From the IMG/VR virus record IMGVR_UViG_3300005805_000051, positions 1 to 64,000 of that record: a stretch of DNA of 64,000 nt. The stretch is one strand, 5' to 3'. This stretch comes from a virus. How positions within the stretch are numbered: the first letter of the stretch is position 1; each line of letters opens with the position of its first letter. Positions 19,132-27,254 of the stretch are shown here, piece after piece. Below the pieces are notes generated by a model. It was not told the origin of the DNA and did no database searches. It worked only from the letters and a program-made list of their open reading frames with translations. Both the position numbers and the translations under genes were made by a program.

Positions 19132-20061
19132 TTAACTTCCTACTAGCTCATCCTGCCCCGTAAACACATTTGTCACTGTCCCGTTTGCATACTCGGTAAT
19201 CGTCGTGGTCGCATTCACCGGTTTCGTCGGTGGAGCATCCAACGGATTCGGTGTAATCTGCATGGTAATAACTCGGGCAATATCTTGTGCGCTCGTGACC
19301 AGAGACTCGTCAATAAGACGGCCATCACCGGACTCCAGAATCAGTCGGTCTAACGCATCTGTCAGATAGTAACTAGGCAGTTCCAGTGACATATCCGGTT
19401 CCGCATTATACAGATCAATAAAGATTTTCCGAATAATCGCCGGCGGGGTGGTCGAGATCGGCCCATACAGATTAATCAGTGCGTTGAAGTTAAAAGTGAG
19501 AATCACATCACGCTTGCTGTCCAATCCGGTTTCTTCGTAGTTATCGACCCACTGCGGGGTACCATCCAAGACGATACGCATACGGTCGAGGATGCCCATC
19601 GACGGAATCAACTTCACCAACAAATCATAGTTGGGGGTAAAGTACGGAAGGATTTGCTCCGCAATCTGATTCGCATCTTCCAGATTTCGGGTCAGCGCAT
19701 ACAAACTAATCGACATCACATAGGGTGTCGGCATAAAATACCGGCGCACGGAATTGTTTACCCCGTCTAATCGCGGGCGTGTGCGTTGATTAAAACTGTT
19801 AAGCTGACGCGACGCATCATATCGAATGCCGGTCATCTCATATCCTAATCGCGGCACCGTTACTTCCGTTCGACGATTCAAATCCGGGTCGCGATGATAC
19901 CGTGCTATCCATGCTTCTTGTGACGCGTATTCAATCGGCAAGGTGAATCGTTCTTGCTCTTCTAACGCCCCGTTGACTCGCAATAAGGTCAGATTGTTGA
20001 ACAACGATCCGAACGCAATCTGATAGCGACGAAGAAGCTGATGGTAAAAAGGCGTAAACAT
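19132..20061 (-). CDS. gp15: Tail sheath stabiliser / terminator
   Basis: FYH..LRRY..AFGSLFNN and QI.EQILPYF.P motifs. Confidence 0.93.
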   Translation of the reverse strand: MFTPFYHQLLRRYQIAFGSLFNNLTLLRVNGALEEQERFTLPIEYASQEAWIARYHRDPDLNRRTEVTVPRLGYEMTGIRYDASRQLNSFNQRTRPRLDGVNNSVRRYFMPTPYVMSISLYALTRNLEDANQIAEQILPYFTPNYDLLVKLIPSMGILDRMRIVLDGTPQWVDNYEETGLDSKRDVILTFNFNALINLYGPISTTPPAIIRKIFIDLYNAEPDMSLELPSYYLTDALDRLILESGDGRLIDESLVTSAQDIARVITMQITPNPLDAPPTKPVNATTTITEYANGTVTNVFTGQDELVGS

Positions 20062-20066
20062 CGTCG

Positions 20067-20942
20067 CTACCCCGTAATGCGATTCACTTCACGGCCATCA
20101 ACAACTAACGACCCTTGCAGTTCCAAGAAACGATTATCTTCGGTGGGATCATTCGGGTTTTCTTCTTCCACCGGTTCCTGCACAATCGTGTAGACCGATC
20201 CTGAAGTGACCCCGGTGACCGCAATCCCGTTCGCAAACGTTCCCTTGATATGTACCACATTCAGGTGGCGGGTGCCGTTGTCAATCGTCCAACTGGACAC
20301 CATTCCGGATGCCGTGGCTACTGCAAGAGACGGGCCTTGGAAGACCGTTTCACCCACGGTGTAGGTGCCCGATCCGCTACCCATGTGAAGCTGCACGGCG
20401 TCGTTTTCCAAGTAATCAACCACATCGATTTCGGCGTCGCCTGTCTCGATTTTTTCTTGATTGCTCGTGTAGCTTTCCAGCTTAATCTGATAGTAGGTCA
20501 GTTTGCCCAGCGGATAGAACTGACCCGGTGCGCGTTCGTGGATGACATGCACGATTTCCATCAACGCATCCACGGGTGCCGGCAGATACACTAAGTCGCC
20601 TTCCATTGGGCGGGTTTTATTCGATATCGGTGACACCAGTTCGATGAACCGTTCCCGAGACACGCGCATGGTCACTTGGTCTTTCATCTGCAAGCCAAAC
20701 TTGCTCATGAAGTCGCCTTGCGCGTCCCAGCCCTGCACATTGTCGAGATACATTTCAATCGACACGGCACTGGAAAACTTTCGCAATGTATCTTCTTCGT
20801 AGAGCAAGTCCTCATTCCGAAGCGTGACCGGAAGATAGCGAACTTCGGTGCCAAACATTTGAATCGTTTCAGTCATCAACGACTGAAGCAACTCTTGCTC
20901 TCCGGTGTCGTTCCAGAAATCGATATACGGATTCGTGGGCAT
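20067..20942 (-). CDS. gp14: Neck protein
   Basis: EQ.LLQSL..E.IQMFG, SKFGL and RP.EGDLVY.P motifs. Confidence 0.93.
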   Translation of the reverse strand: MPTNPYIDFWNDTGEQELLQSLMTETIQMFGTEVRYLPVTLRNEDLLYEEDTLRKFSSAVSIEMYLDNVQGWDAQGDFMSKFGLQMKDQVTMRVSRERFIELVSPISNKTRPMEGDLVYLPAPVDALMEIVHVIHERAPGQFYPLGKLTYYQIKLESYTSNQEKIETGDAEIDVVDYLENDAVQLHMGSGSGTYTVGETVFQGPSLAVATASGMVSSWTIDNGTRHLNVVHIKGTFANGIAVTGVTSGSVYTIVQEPVEEENPNDPTEDNRFLELQGSLVVDGREVNRITG

Positions 20943-20950
20943 GTGAAATC

Positions 20951-21925
20951 CTATGCCACAAAGAATTCAGGCGGCAACTCGTACTTCGATTGAATCTGCT
21001 CTTCCATTTGTTGTGCTTCGCGGTTCCCCTCGTCGTAAATCGCACGACCGTTGAGCGTGACCCCACCCGGCATCTGCACACCCTCATACTTGATGAGATT
21101 CTGCCCCCATTGCTTTTTCACCAACGCCGTGGAGTAATCGCGCAAGAAACGGTCAGTCCAGACATCCGCATACGTCGCGGGGTCGATAATGCGCTGTGCT
21201 TCGACAATCACATAATCGTTGACACGAATATCGGTTGACCAGTCTAAGTCCAAATACAGTCGATTGACATGTCGATTGTATCGGACATTGACGGTACCAA
21301 TAAACAGGTCATTCAATAGCTCCATGTGCGAACGCGTGAGGTAGTAGGAAATCACACTACTACTAGAAAGCCACGACAGGTCGTTCATCAAGAACTGGTA
21401 GTTCCACGAAAACAACCCCGTGCTGCGGTCGACTGCAAACCCGTCAAGGGGCAGCACTTTGGAAATACTCATCACCAAGTTTGACACCGGCAAATACTGA
21501 TTATCGTAGTCGCCCAATGCAATCGCACTAATCGTCGCCGTCGCGTTACTACCGAGTCCCTTGACCGTTTCCCCCACGCTAAAGGTGTTGGCCGGCACTG
21601 CACTCGAATAAGTGAACTGAAGAAACGTGGCGTTCGCGTTGCTTGTGTACGCTTTTCCGTAGGCGTTACTGGTCAAGCCTTGGAGGCTTTCGCCGTTGGT
21701 AAAGGTACCGGTCGACGCAACCGTAAAGGTCAGATTGGACGGCGTAACCCGATGCTTCAGATAGACCTTTTCCGACCCATCGAAGTGATAGTCTTGAAAG
21801 AACGCCAACGCATCATCAATCCGTTGCTCTAACTGGTCGTCAGAGACATTGACGGTGATCACGGGTTCGCCAAGACGGCGACGGATATAGGTTTTGAGTT
21901 CCGTGCGAGTAGTTGGGAGTGCCAT
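20951..21925 (-). CDS. gp13: Neck protein
   Basis: RRLGEPVI.VNV..DQ and KQWGQNL.KYEGVQMPGGVTLNG motifs. Confidence 0.95.
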   Translation of the reverse strand: MALPTTRTELKTYIRRRLGEPVITVNVSDDQLEQRIDDALAFFQDYHFDGSEKVYLKHRVTPSNLTFTVASTGTFTNGESLQGLTSNAYGKAYTSNANATFLQFTYSSAVPANTFSVGETVKGLGSNATATISAIALGDYDNQYLPVSNLVMSISKVLPLDGFAVDRSTGLFSWNYQFLMNDLSWLSSSSVISYYLTRSHMELLNDLFIGTVNVRYNRHVNRLYLDLDWSTDIRVNDYVIVEAQRIIDPATYADVWTDRFLRDYSTALVKKQWGQNLIKYEGVQMPGGVTLNGRAIYDEGNREAQQMEEQIQSKYELPPEFFVA

Positions 21926-21939
21926 ATCTGGTATTTAGG

Positions 21940-22794
21940 CTACACCGTCGACCATTTATCAGCTCCCACCGGCACCACAATACGACCATTATTTGCCCCA
22001 TCACATTTGATGGTGGCGTTTGCCGTGGTAGTCCCGCTCAACAATACTGTACTGCTGAAAGTCGCGGCCCCTGTGTGAGCAGAAGTAGAGAGCGCACTGA
22101 AGGCCCCACTTACTCCGAGGGTACTTGCTGTATTCATCGCACCCGTAACGGACACAGTATTACTGAGAGTGACCGCCCCGGTGATACCTACATTACTTAA
22201 TGCGTTTACCTGACCCGTAACACTGAGGGTGCTGTTCATGACTACCGCACCGGTCAGGGTGGAGTTCGCCAACGCGGTGAATACTCCAGTCACCCCGAGA
22301 GTACTCAGCGCATTCGCCGCCCCCGCAATACTGGCAGTATTGCTCATCGTGACCGCACCCGTCAACGTGGAGTTTGCGGATGCGGTAAAGACGCCAATGG
22401 CCCCTAATGTGCTAGCGGCGTTTACTGCACCGGTAAAGGTTTTTGCTCCAGCAAAACTTTGCGTCGTGGTATCCACCACACCATTTGCGCTGGTATTTGC
22501 TGACGAGAGTCGTTCAAGCGGTACCGTTCCAGACCCCAACGCGCTTGCATTCAGGGTAGTCAGGGAAACGCCGTTTCCTGAAAATGCTGTTGCGGTAACA
22601 TTCCCGGTTGCGTTCACGGTCGCAACGGTAAATGTTCCATTGAGTGTCGCGTTCGCGGTCGATACCCGAGGGGTCGCGTTCGTCGCTAGCTGTAAATAAG
22701 CTGCGGTGTTATCAACATGACTAGTTAGATTATTGGTTGCATCCAACCACACAAAGAATGTGTCGGTATTTGCAACAAAATTCGGTAATGGCAT
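21940..22794 (-). CDS. Fibre protein with low-complexity beta repeats, at the position T4 uses for wac
   Basis: The N-terminal ~55 aa match those of the 633-aa fibre; repeated NxxSTL.VTG units. The ATG at 22794 has a GAGGAG RBS. Confidence 0.75.
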   Translation of the reverse strand: MPLPNFVANTDTFFVWLDATNNLTSHVDNTAAYLQLATNATPRVSTANATLNGTFTVATVNATGNVTATAFSGNGVSLTTLNASALGSGTVPLERLSSANTSANGVVDTTTQSFAGAKTFTGAVNAASTLGAIGVFTASANSTLTGAVTMSNTASIAGAANALSTLGVTGVFTALANSTLTGAVVMNSTLSVTGQVNALSNVGITGAVTLSNTVSVTGAMNTASTLGVSGAFSALSTSAHTGAATFSSTVLLSGTTTANATIKCDGANNGRIVVPVGADKWSTV

Positions 22795-22881
22795 CTCCAC
22801 TCCTCTTCGGAAACGGGCCGAGTGCGCGAATCCTTCATCCGCGCAGGTCTATGCCATATTTAGGGAAGCATCAATGTCCAC

Positions 22882-23940
22882 CTATGCGGGGGACGAGGTG
22901 CCCGTATTTAACGCTTTCTTTGCGAGTCGTTCCGCTTCCAATTCTTCGTTCGACTTGTGAGTTCCGTCAGGACGCAACATCCCTTCCTTTGCCAACCGAT
23001 CAAAAATATCCTTCATCGAGGTTGCTTGTTGTTCCTTATAAGCCGCGGCCCGTGCATAATTCTTTTCGTATTCTTCTGGCCCATAAGCTTGCTTGCAAAT
23101 AACCTTTGCGCGTTCTACAATACTTTCCCCCCACTCAAAGTAAGAATCAAGGAAATCTTTACCTTCCGGGGTATAACGAACATGCTTGCGGATTTCCACC
23201 AATCCATCCTCAATTTTGGGAATGTTCCCAATCAAATAATGAGAAGCGTTGATCAGATTGCCGGGAAGTTTTGCACACTGAATGTCGTTTTCTCCGAACA
23301 CAATCCACGAATAAATTGCTTGAATGACCGCTGACATCGGACGCTTTTTGTCGCGACGGATCGGTGAATCGTAGAGTTCTTCGCTTGTATTGAGAATTAA
23401 AGAATAGTCGTGGTCATCGATATCCATACCCAGTGCTTCCAGCCGTGCATGACCGACTTCGTGATAAATGCCTTCCGCACACCCTTGCATGCTATTAATG
23501 GTCACATACACCGCGTTGACAAACATGCCTTCTTCTTTGCGGTGGGTCTTAGTCGCACTTTTCATTTCAAAATGACCCGACGAACATCCGTTCGCCCCCT
23601 CCCCCATAATCTTTGACCATTTGGGCCAGAATTCATCGAGAAAAAGTTTGAGCATGAGATGCCCGTCTTCCCATGTCCGTAAGTAGGGGTCAAGATTGGC
23701 GGCAATTTCAGGTGTCCAACGGTCATACCCATCCAACATGGGGTCATCGGGGGGAACCAAGGCTGGGTCAACTAAGGGATCGCGCACAACGGCAACTTCT
23801 CCGTCACAAATCGTAAACTTTGAGGTTGGTTTTCGTTTTGTCCAGCCGTATTTTTGATTCAAAAGATACGCAATTGCGTGGGAATCATAACCGTCAGGTT
23901 GAGGTTTACATACGCGCTTCCAGTCAATTTTCATGATCAC
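22882..23940 (-). CDS. HExxH-motif peptide-modifying enzyme (aKG-HExxH-like beta-hydroxylase)
   Basis: AEGIYHEVGHARL followed by YDSPIRRDKKRPMSAVIQAIYSW, the SP.R...RP signature of RiPP-associated HExxH proteins. Late promoter at 23951-23957. Confidence 0.8.
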   Translation of the reverse strand: MIMKIDWKRVCKPQPDGYDSHAIAYLLNQKYGWTKRKPTSKFTICDGEVAVVRDPLVDPALVPPDDPMLDGYDRWTPEIAANLDPYLRTWEDGHLMLKLFLDEFWPKWSKIMGEGANGCSSGHFEMKSATKTHRKEEGMFVNAVYVTINSMQGCAEGIYHEVGHARLEALGMDIDDHDYSLILNTSEELYDSPIRRDKKRPMSAVIQAIYSWIVFGENDIQCAKLPGNLINASHYLIGNIPKIEDGLVEIRKHVRYTPEGKDFLDSYFEWGESIVERAKVICKQAYGPEEYEKNYARAAAYKEQQATSMKDIFDRLAKEGMLRPDGTHKSNEELEAERLAKKALNTGTSSPA

Positions 23941-23949
23941 TCTCCGTGT

Positions 23950-24546
23950 CTATTTAGTGCGTTCTATTGGAATCTGTGGCCGCTCCGCTTCGGAAATAAA
24001 CGACTGAATACTAACTCGTAACAATCGATTTGTCATCACCGGAGTGGTCATATGAAATTCATTTTTATCATTGTGGATCAGCATACCTTGTGTCGGCACC
24101 AAACTGTCCCATCGACCCGTTGACGCATTATGATATTGGAACAGTCCTCCACAAGTAATATCCCACTCAGGATTTGTGTAGATAGTGACTGTTTTTCGTT
24201 CTGTATCAATGGTTTCATCTTTCCCGTTGTCAAAATGACCGGGAATATACGATCCCTTCGTCCACACATACGCCATGATGCGTCCATGTTTGCCATCATT
24301 TACAAAAGTGGATCGTGAGTTACCCAGCCCCATACGGAAAAGATGCTCATACACTGCGTTGGTCAGTCGTTCATTTAACACCAAGCAAAACACTGGTGTA
24401 CTATCTCTGATGATATCAGAACGCCACGAATAATTTGACCACATAACCACCGGTTCGGTGTGACCGCAGGTCAAGACAATACTGGTCGCCCACCGATAGA
24501 CTTCATTACACAATTCTTTGGGAATAGCCGCAGGATATACAATCAT
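23950..24546 (-). CDS. 2OG-Fe(II) oxygenase (prolyl-4-hydroxylase-like)
   Basis: HFD (HxD), Y.N.EW....GG.F, distal H in FHMTTPV, and R.SIQ.F. Confidence 0.88.
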   Translation of the reverse strand: MIVYPAAIPKELCNEVYRWATSIVLTCGHTEPVVMWSNYSWRSDIIRDSTPVFCLVLNERLTNAVYEHLFRMGLGNSRSTFVNDGKHGRIMAYVWTKGSYIPGHFDNGKDETIDTERKTVTIYTNPEWDITCGGLFQYHNASTGRWDSLVPTQGMLIHNDKNEFHMTTPVMTNRLLRVSIQSFISEAERPQIPIERTK

Positions 24547-24573
24547 AATAATACTAGCTGTTTACTTAATTAA

Positions 24574-25860
24574 TTAAAAACCAGTTTCTGGCTTATCAAT
24601 ATGGGTGATATCGTTGTGTGAATCGACATGCGCGGTGTCAGTGTGCGCGTCTGAGTGGGAATTACTGAAGGCAATATCTGTATGGGCGTCCGAATGGGAA
24701 TTACTGAACGCAATGTCGGTATGAGCATTCGAGTGCGAATTGCTAAATGCAATGTCGGTGTGTGCGTCTGAGTGTGAATTACTAAAGGCGCGGTCAAAAT
24801 GAGCATCCGAGTGGGAGTTATTGAACGCGCGATCAAAATGAGCATTCGAATGTGACGACCCAAACGCGATGTCGTAATGGGCGTTTGAATGCGACGAACT
24901 AAATGCGCGGTCGTAATGAGCATTCGAATGTGAACTGCCAAACGCGATATCATAATGCGCGTTTGAAAACGCTTGGTCGTAATGTAAATAGAAGAATCCG
25001 TCAATATGAAACGGTTGCCACGGACCAGAACCGTAACATATGAATCCATAATTGGGCCCACCCGGCCATGGCACATTAGAGAACCCCGGATAGCCCCACG
25101 GTGCTAAGTTAGTACCATTGTAACAATTATTGTCGGCATATCCATCGAAGTGCGAAGAACTGAATCCAATATCACTGTGCGATGACCCAAACGCGATGTC
25201 GTAATGGGCGTTTGAATGCGACGAACTAAATGCGATATCGTAATGGGCGTTTGAATGCGACGAACTAAATGCGATATCGTAATGGGCGTTTGAATGCGAA
25301 TTACTAAACGATATATCGGTGTGTGCGTTAGAGTGCGACGAACTAAAGGCAATATCTGTATGGGCATTCGAATGTGAACTGCTGAAGGCCCGATCAAAAT
25401 GAGCATCCGAATGGGAGTTACTGAACGCAATATCCGTATGCGCGTCCGAATGGGAGTTACTAAATGCGATGTCCGTATGGGCGTCTGAATGTGAGTTACT
25501 AAACGCAATATCCGTATGAAGGTCTGTATGCGGAGTATCGTTATGCACCCAGAACTCGTTGCCGCTTTCTGCAAGATAATGTAGCTGGCCGGCCGGCGTC
25601 GACGGCGCATAAGATGTTTCTACCCACACCGATCCTGCAAGTCCCGGTGTTGCTCCGATGAACGGCCCGTCGACATAGCGTTCGACGCCAGTGGAATCGA
25701 TGTAATGAATCGTGTTTGACTCAATCCATAAGCTTCCCTGCAACGCGCCGGCCGGAGTGGCGACCGTGGTGCCAAGAAACCGATATTCTGTATTGGATGA
25801 GTTGCGCCAATGTAGGTAGGTTGACTCTACCCACATTGACCCATTGGATTCATTTGCCAT
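24574..25860 (-). CDS. His/Asp/Ser 13-aa repeat protein A (putative virion needle/fibre and modification substrate)
   Basis: Three GS.W.E N-terminal modules, about 17 H(T/Y/F)DIAFSNSHS(D/N)A units split by a unique centre, and a DKPETGF C-terminus. Late promoter 5 nt before the ATG. Confidence 0.85.
   Translation of the reverse strand: MANESNGSMWVESTYLHWRNSSNTEYRFLGTTVATPAGALQGSLWIESNTIHYIDSTGVERYVDGPFIGATPGLAGSVWVETSYAPSTPAGQLHYLAESGNEFWVHNDTPHTDLHTDIAFSNSHSDAHTDIAFSNSHSDAHTDIAFSNSHSDAHFDRAFSSSHSNAHTDIAFSSSHSNAHTDISFSNSHSNAHYDIAFSSSHSNAHYDIAFSSSHSNAHYDIAFGSSHSDIGFSSSHFDGYADNNCYNGTNLAPWGYPGFSNVPWPGGPNYGFICYGSGPWQPFHIDGFFYLHYDQAFSNAHYDIAFGSSHSNAHYDRAFSSSHSNAHYDIAFGSSHSNAHFDRAFNNSHSDAHFDRAFSNSHSDAHTDIAFSNSHSNAHTDIAFSNSHSDAHTDIAFSNSHSDAHTDTAHVDSHNDITHIDKPETGF
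24640..25520 (-). repeat. 39-nt coding tandem repeats in two arms
   Basis: The periodic units differ mostly at synonymous positions; interrupted at about 24980-25150. Confidence 0.9.
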
Positions 25861-25865
25861 ACAAA

Positions 25866-25872
25866 TATTTAG
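25866..25872 (-). promoter_or_regulatory. Late promoter CTAAATA of repeat protein A
   Basis: CTAAATA-TTTGT-ATG, the same 5-nt spacing as at gp3 and gp20. Confidence 0.75.
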
Positions 25873-27246
25873 TTACCGATTCAAACGAATTACTCCGACA
25901 GCTACTCCCTTGGCAGCATCAGTGTGCGTCACGAGCAACTTGTCATTTGGCAGTCCCATCGCTTGTACCCACTCTTCTAGCGATTTCTTTTCCAAATTAT
26001 CCCCATACACGTATACGATGTGTATTGGGCAAGTTTTCAGAGCTTCTAATCCTGCAAATCGGGGTTCTTCGGACATCTCCACGAATCGCACCGGGCAATA
26101 CACCGGTACTGGTGACTCAAACTTTGTTAGTTCATTATACCATCCGAGATTTTCTAGCGCATCCACAACCCACGTTCCTACACCCACCGCTTGTGCGTCC
26201 TTGATGGCGTCTTCGTTCACATCCACCCCGAAGAGGTTCACATCCGGGCGATGCAACTTGATACGACGCAGTAAATGACCATTCCCACATCCTAGATCGA
26301 CCAGCGCGGCGTTTTCAGGAGCAAATTCTTTGACAGTATCAATAATTGGGGAATGCGCTTGACGCATTGCCGCAAAAGAGGCGAAACCATTTTGAAGCCA
26401 AATTTTCTTAGTCGGCTTCACATACCGACCCTTACGTTCAAAGTGTCGTTTTGCCCGAGGCGGAGCCCAATCCGTGCGCGTCGACACCTTGATGCACGGT
26501 CCGACAATTTCCGCAATCCCATTGACTCCGCTCCACTTCGTTGGCCATGATAACACCGTATCAATCGTATGTGCGATTTCGACGTATCCACGGCGCTGCG
26601 CCATCTGACGCATCTGACGCCCGAGTTCGACCGTGTGTTTACACTGATACGAACACGGTAGATGCGACACCCACCGAATCCCCTTCCACCGCCACAGCAT
26701 ATTCGCTTCGACGGGACCGTCTGCAACCCCCGTGGTCGCGAACTGATTCCATGTCGTATCTACCTGACCGGAACCCCATGTATTCAGAAAGAATTGACGG
26801 CAACACTCGGGATAGCCGAGAATCTCTCCGAGCGCCGCATCATTCTTTGCTAAGTTTGATACGGTTGCAATCTTTGCGACCATTTCAGGGCGCGTGATAA
26901 TCACCCGATAATCCCACGGTTGTGATGGATCAAATCCGTCATTTGAACCTGACCGATAAGACGTAGTGCGATTAATCTGCGTAATCGGAACAACAATCAA
27001 TCCATGCGTCGACGCCCACGTAGAGAGTTCCATGAATCTCTCCGGTGACGCCACTTGATAAGTCGCGGGGCGAATCCCATCCACCACAGACCAACGTTCC
27101 AGTTCTTCCCATGACTGGCTCACCTGTTCAAACAACGGCATCCAATAATCACGTTCAGTCAACGATGACCACGCCCAGCGTGTCCACTCTGGCAATACAG
27201 GTCGGTTCGGGTCAAGTTCAGTAGAAATATTGATCGTTTCACTCAT
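25873..27246 (-). CDS. Fusion of a Cys-motif N-terminal domain and a class I SAM-dependent methyltransferase
   Basis: LGYPECC and HLPCSYQC in the N-terminal half; LVDLGCGNG and GVDVNE in the C-terminal half. Confidence 0.8.
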   Translation of the reverse strand: MSETINISTELDPNRPVLPEWTRWAWSSLTERDYWMPLFEQVSQSWEELERWSVVDGIRPATYQVASPERFMELSTWASTHGLIVVPITQINRTTSYRSGSNDGFDPSQPWDYRVIITRPEMVAKIATVSNLAKNDAALGEILGYPECCRQFFLNTWGSGQVDTTWNQFATTGVADGPVEANMLWRWKGIRWVSHLPCSYQCKHTVELGRQMRQMAQRRGYVEIAHTIDTVLSWPTKWSGVNGIAEIVGPCIKVSTRTDWAPPRAKRHFERKGRYVKPTKKIWLQNGFASFAAMRQAHSPIIDTVKEFAPENAALVDLGCGNGHLLRRIKLHRPDVNLFGVDVNEDAIKDAQAVGVGTWVVDALENLGWYNELTKFESPVPVYCPVRFVEMSEEPRFAGLEALKTCPIHIVYVYGDNLEKKSLEEWVQAMGLPNDKLLVTHTDAAKGVAVGVIRLNR

Positions 27247-27254
27247 AATTAATC

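Noticed and set aside
22795-22857. In-frame ATG GCA TAG upstream of the short fibre, suggesting amber readthrough or recoding
   Set aside because: That ATG overlaps the late promoter itself, the downstream ATG has a strong RBS, and TAG is a normal stop in many genes here.
24640-25520. 39-nt periodic repeats as a CRISPR array
   Set aside because: There are no unique spacers or cas genes, and the repeats are in-frame coding units.
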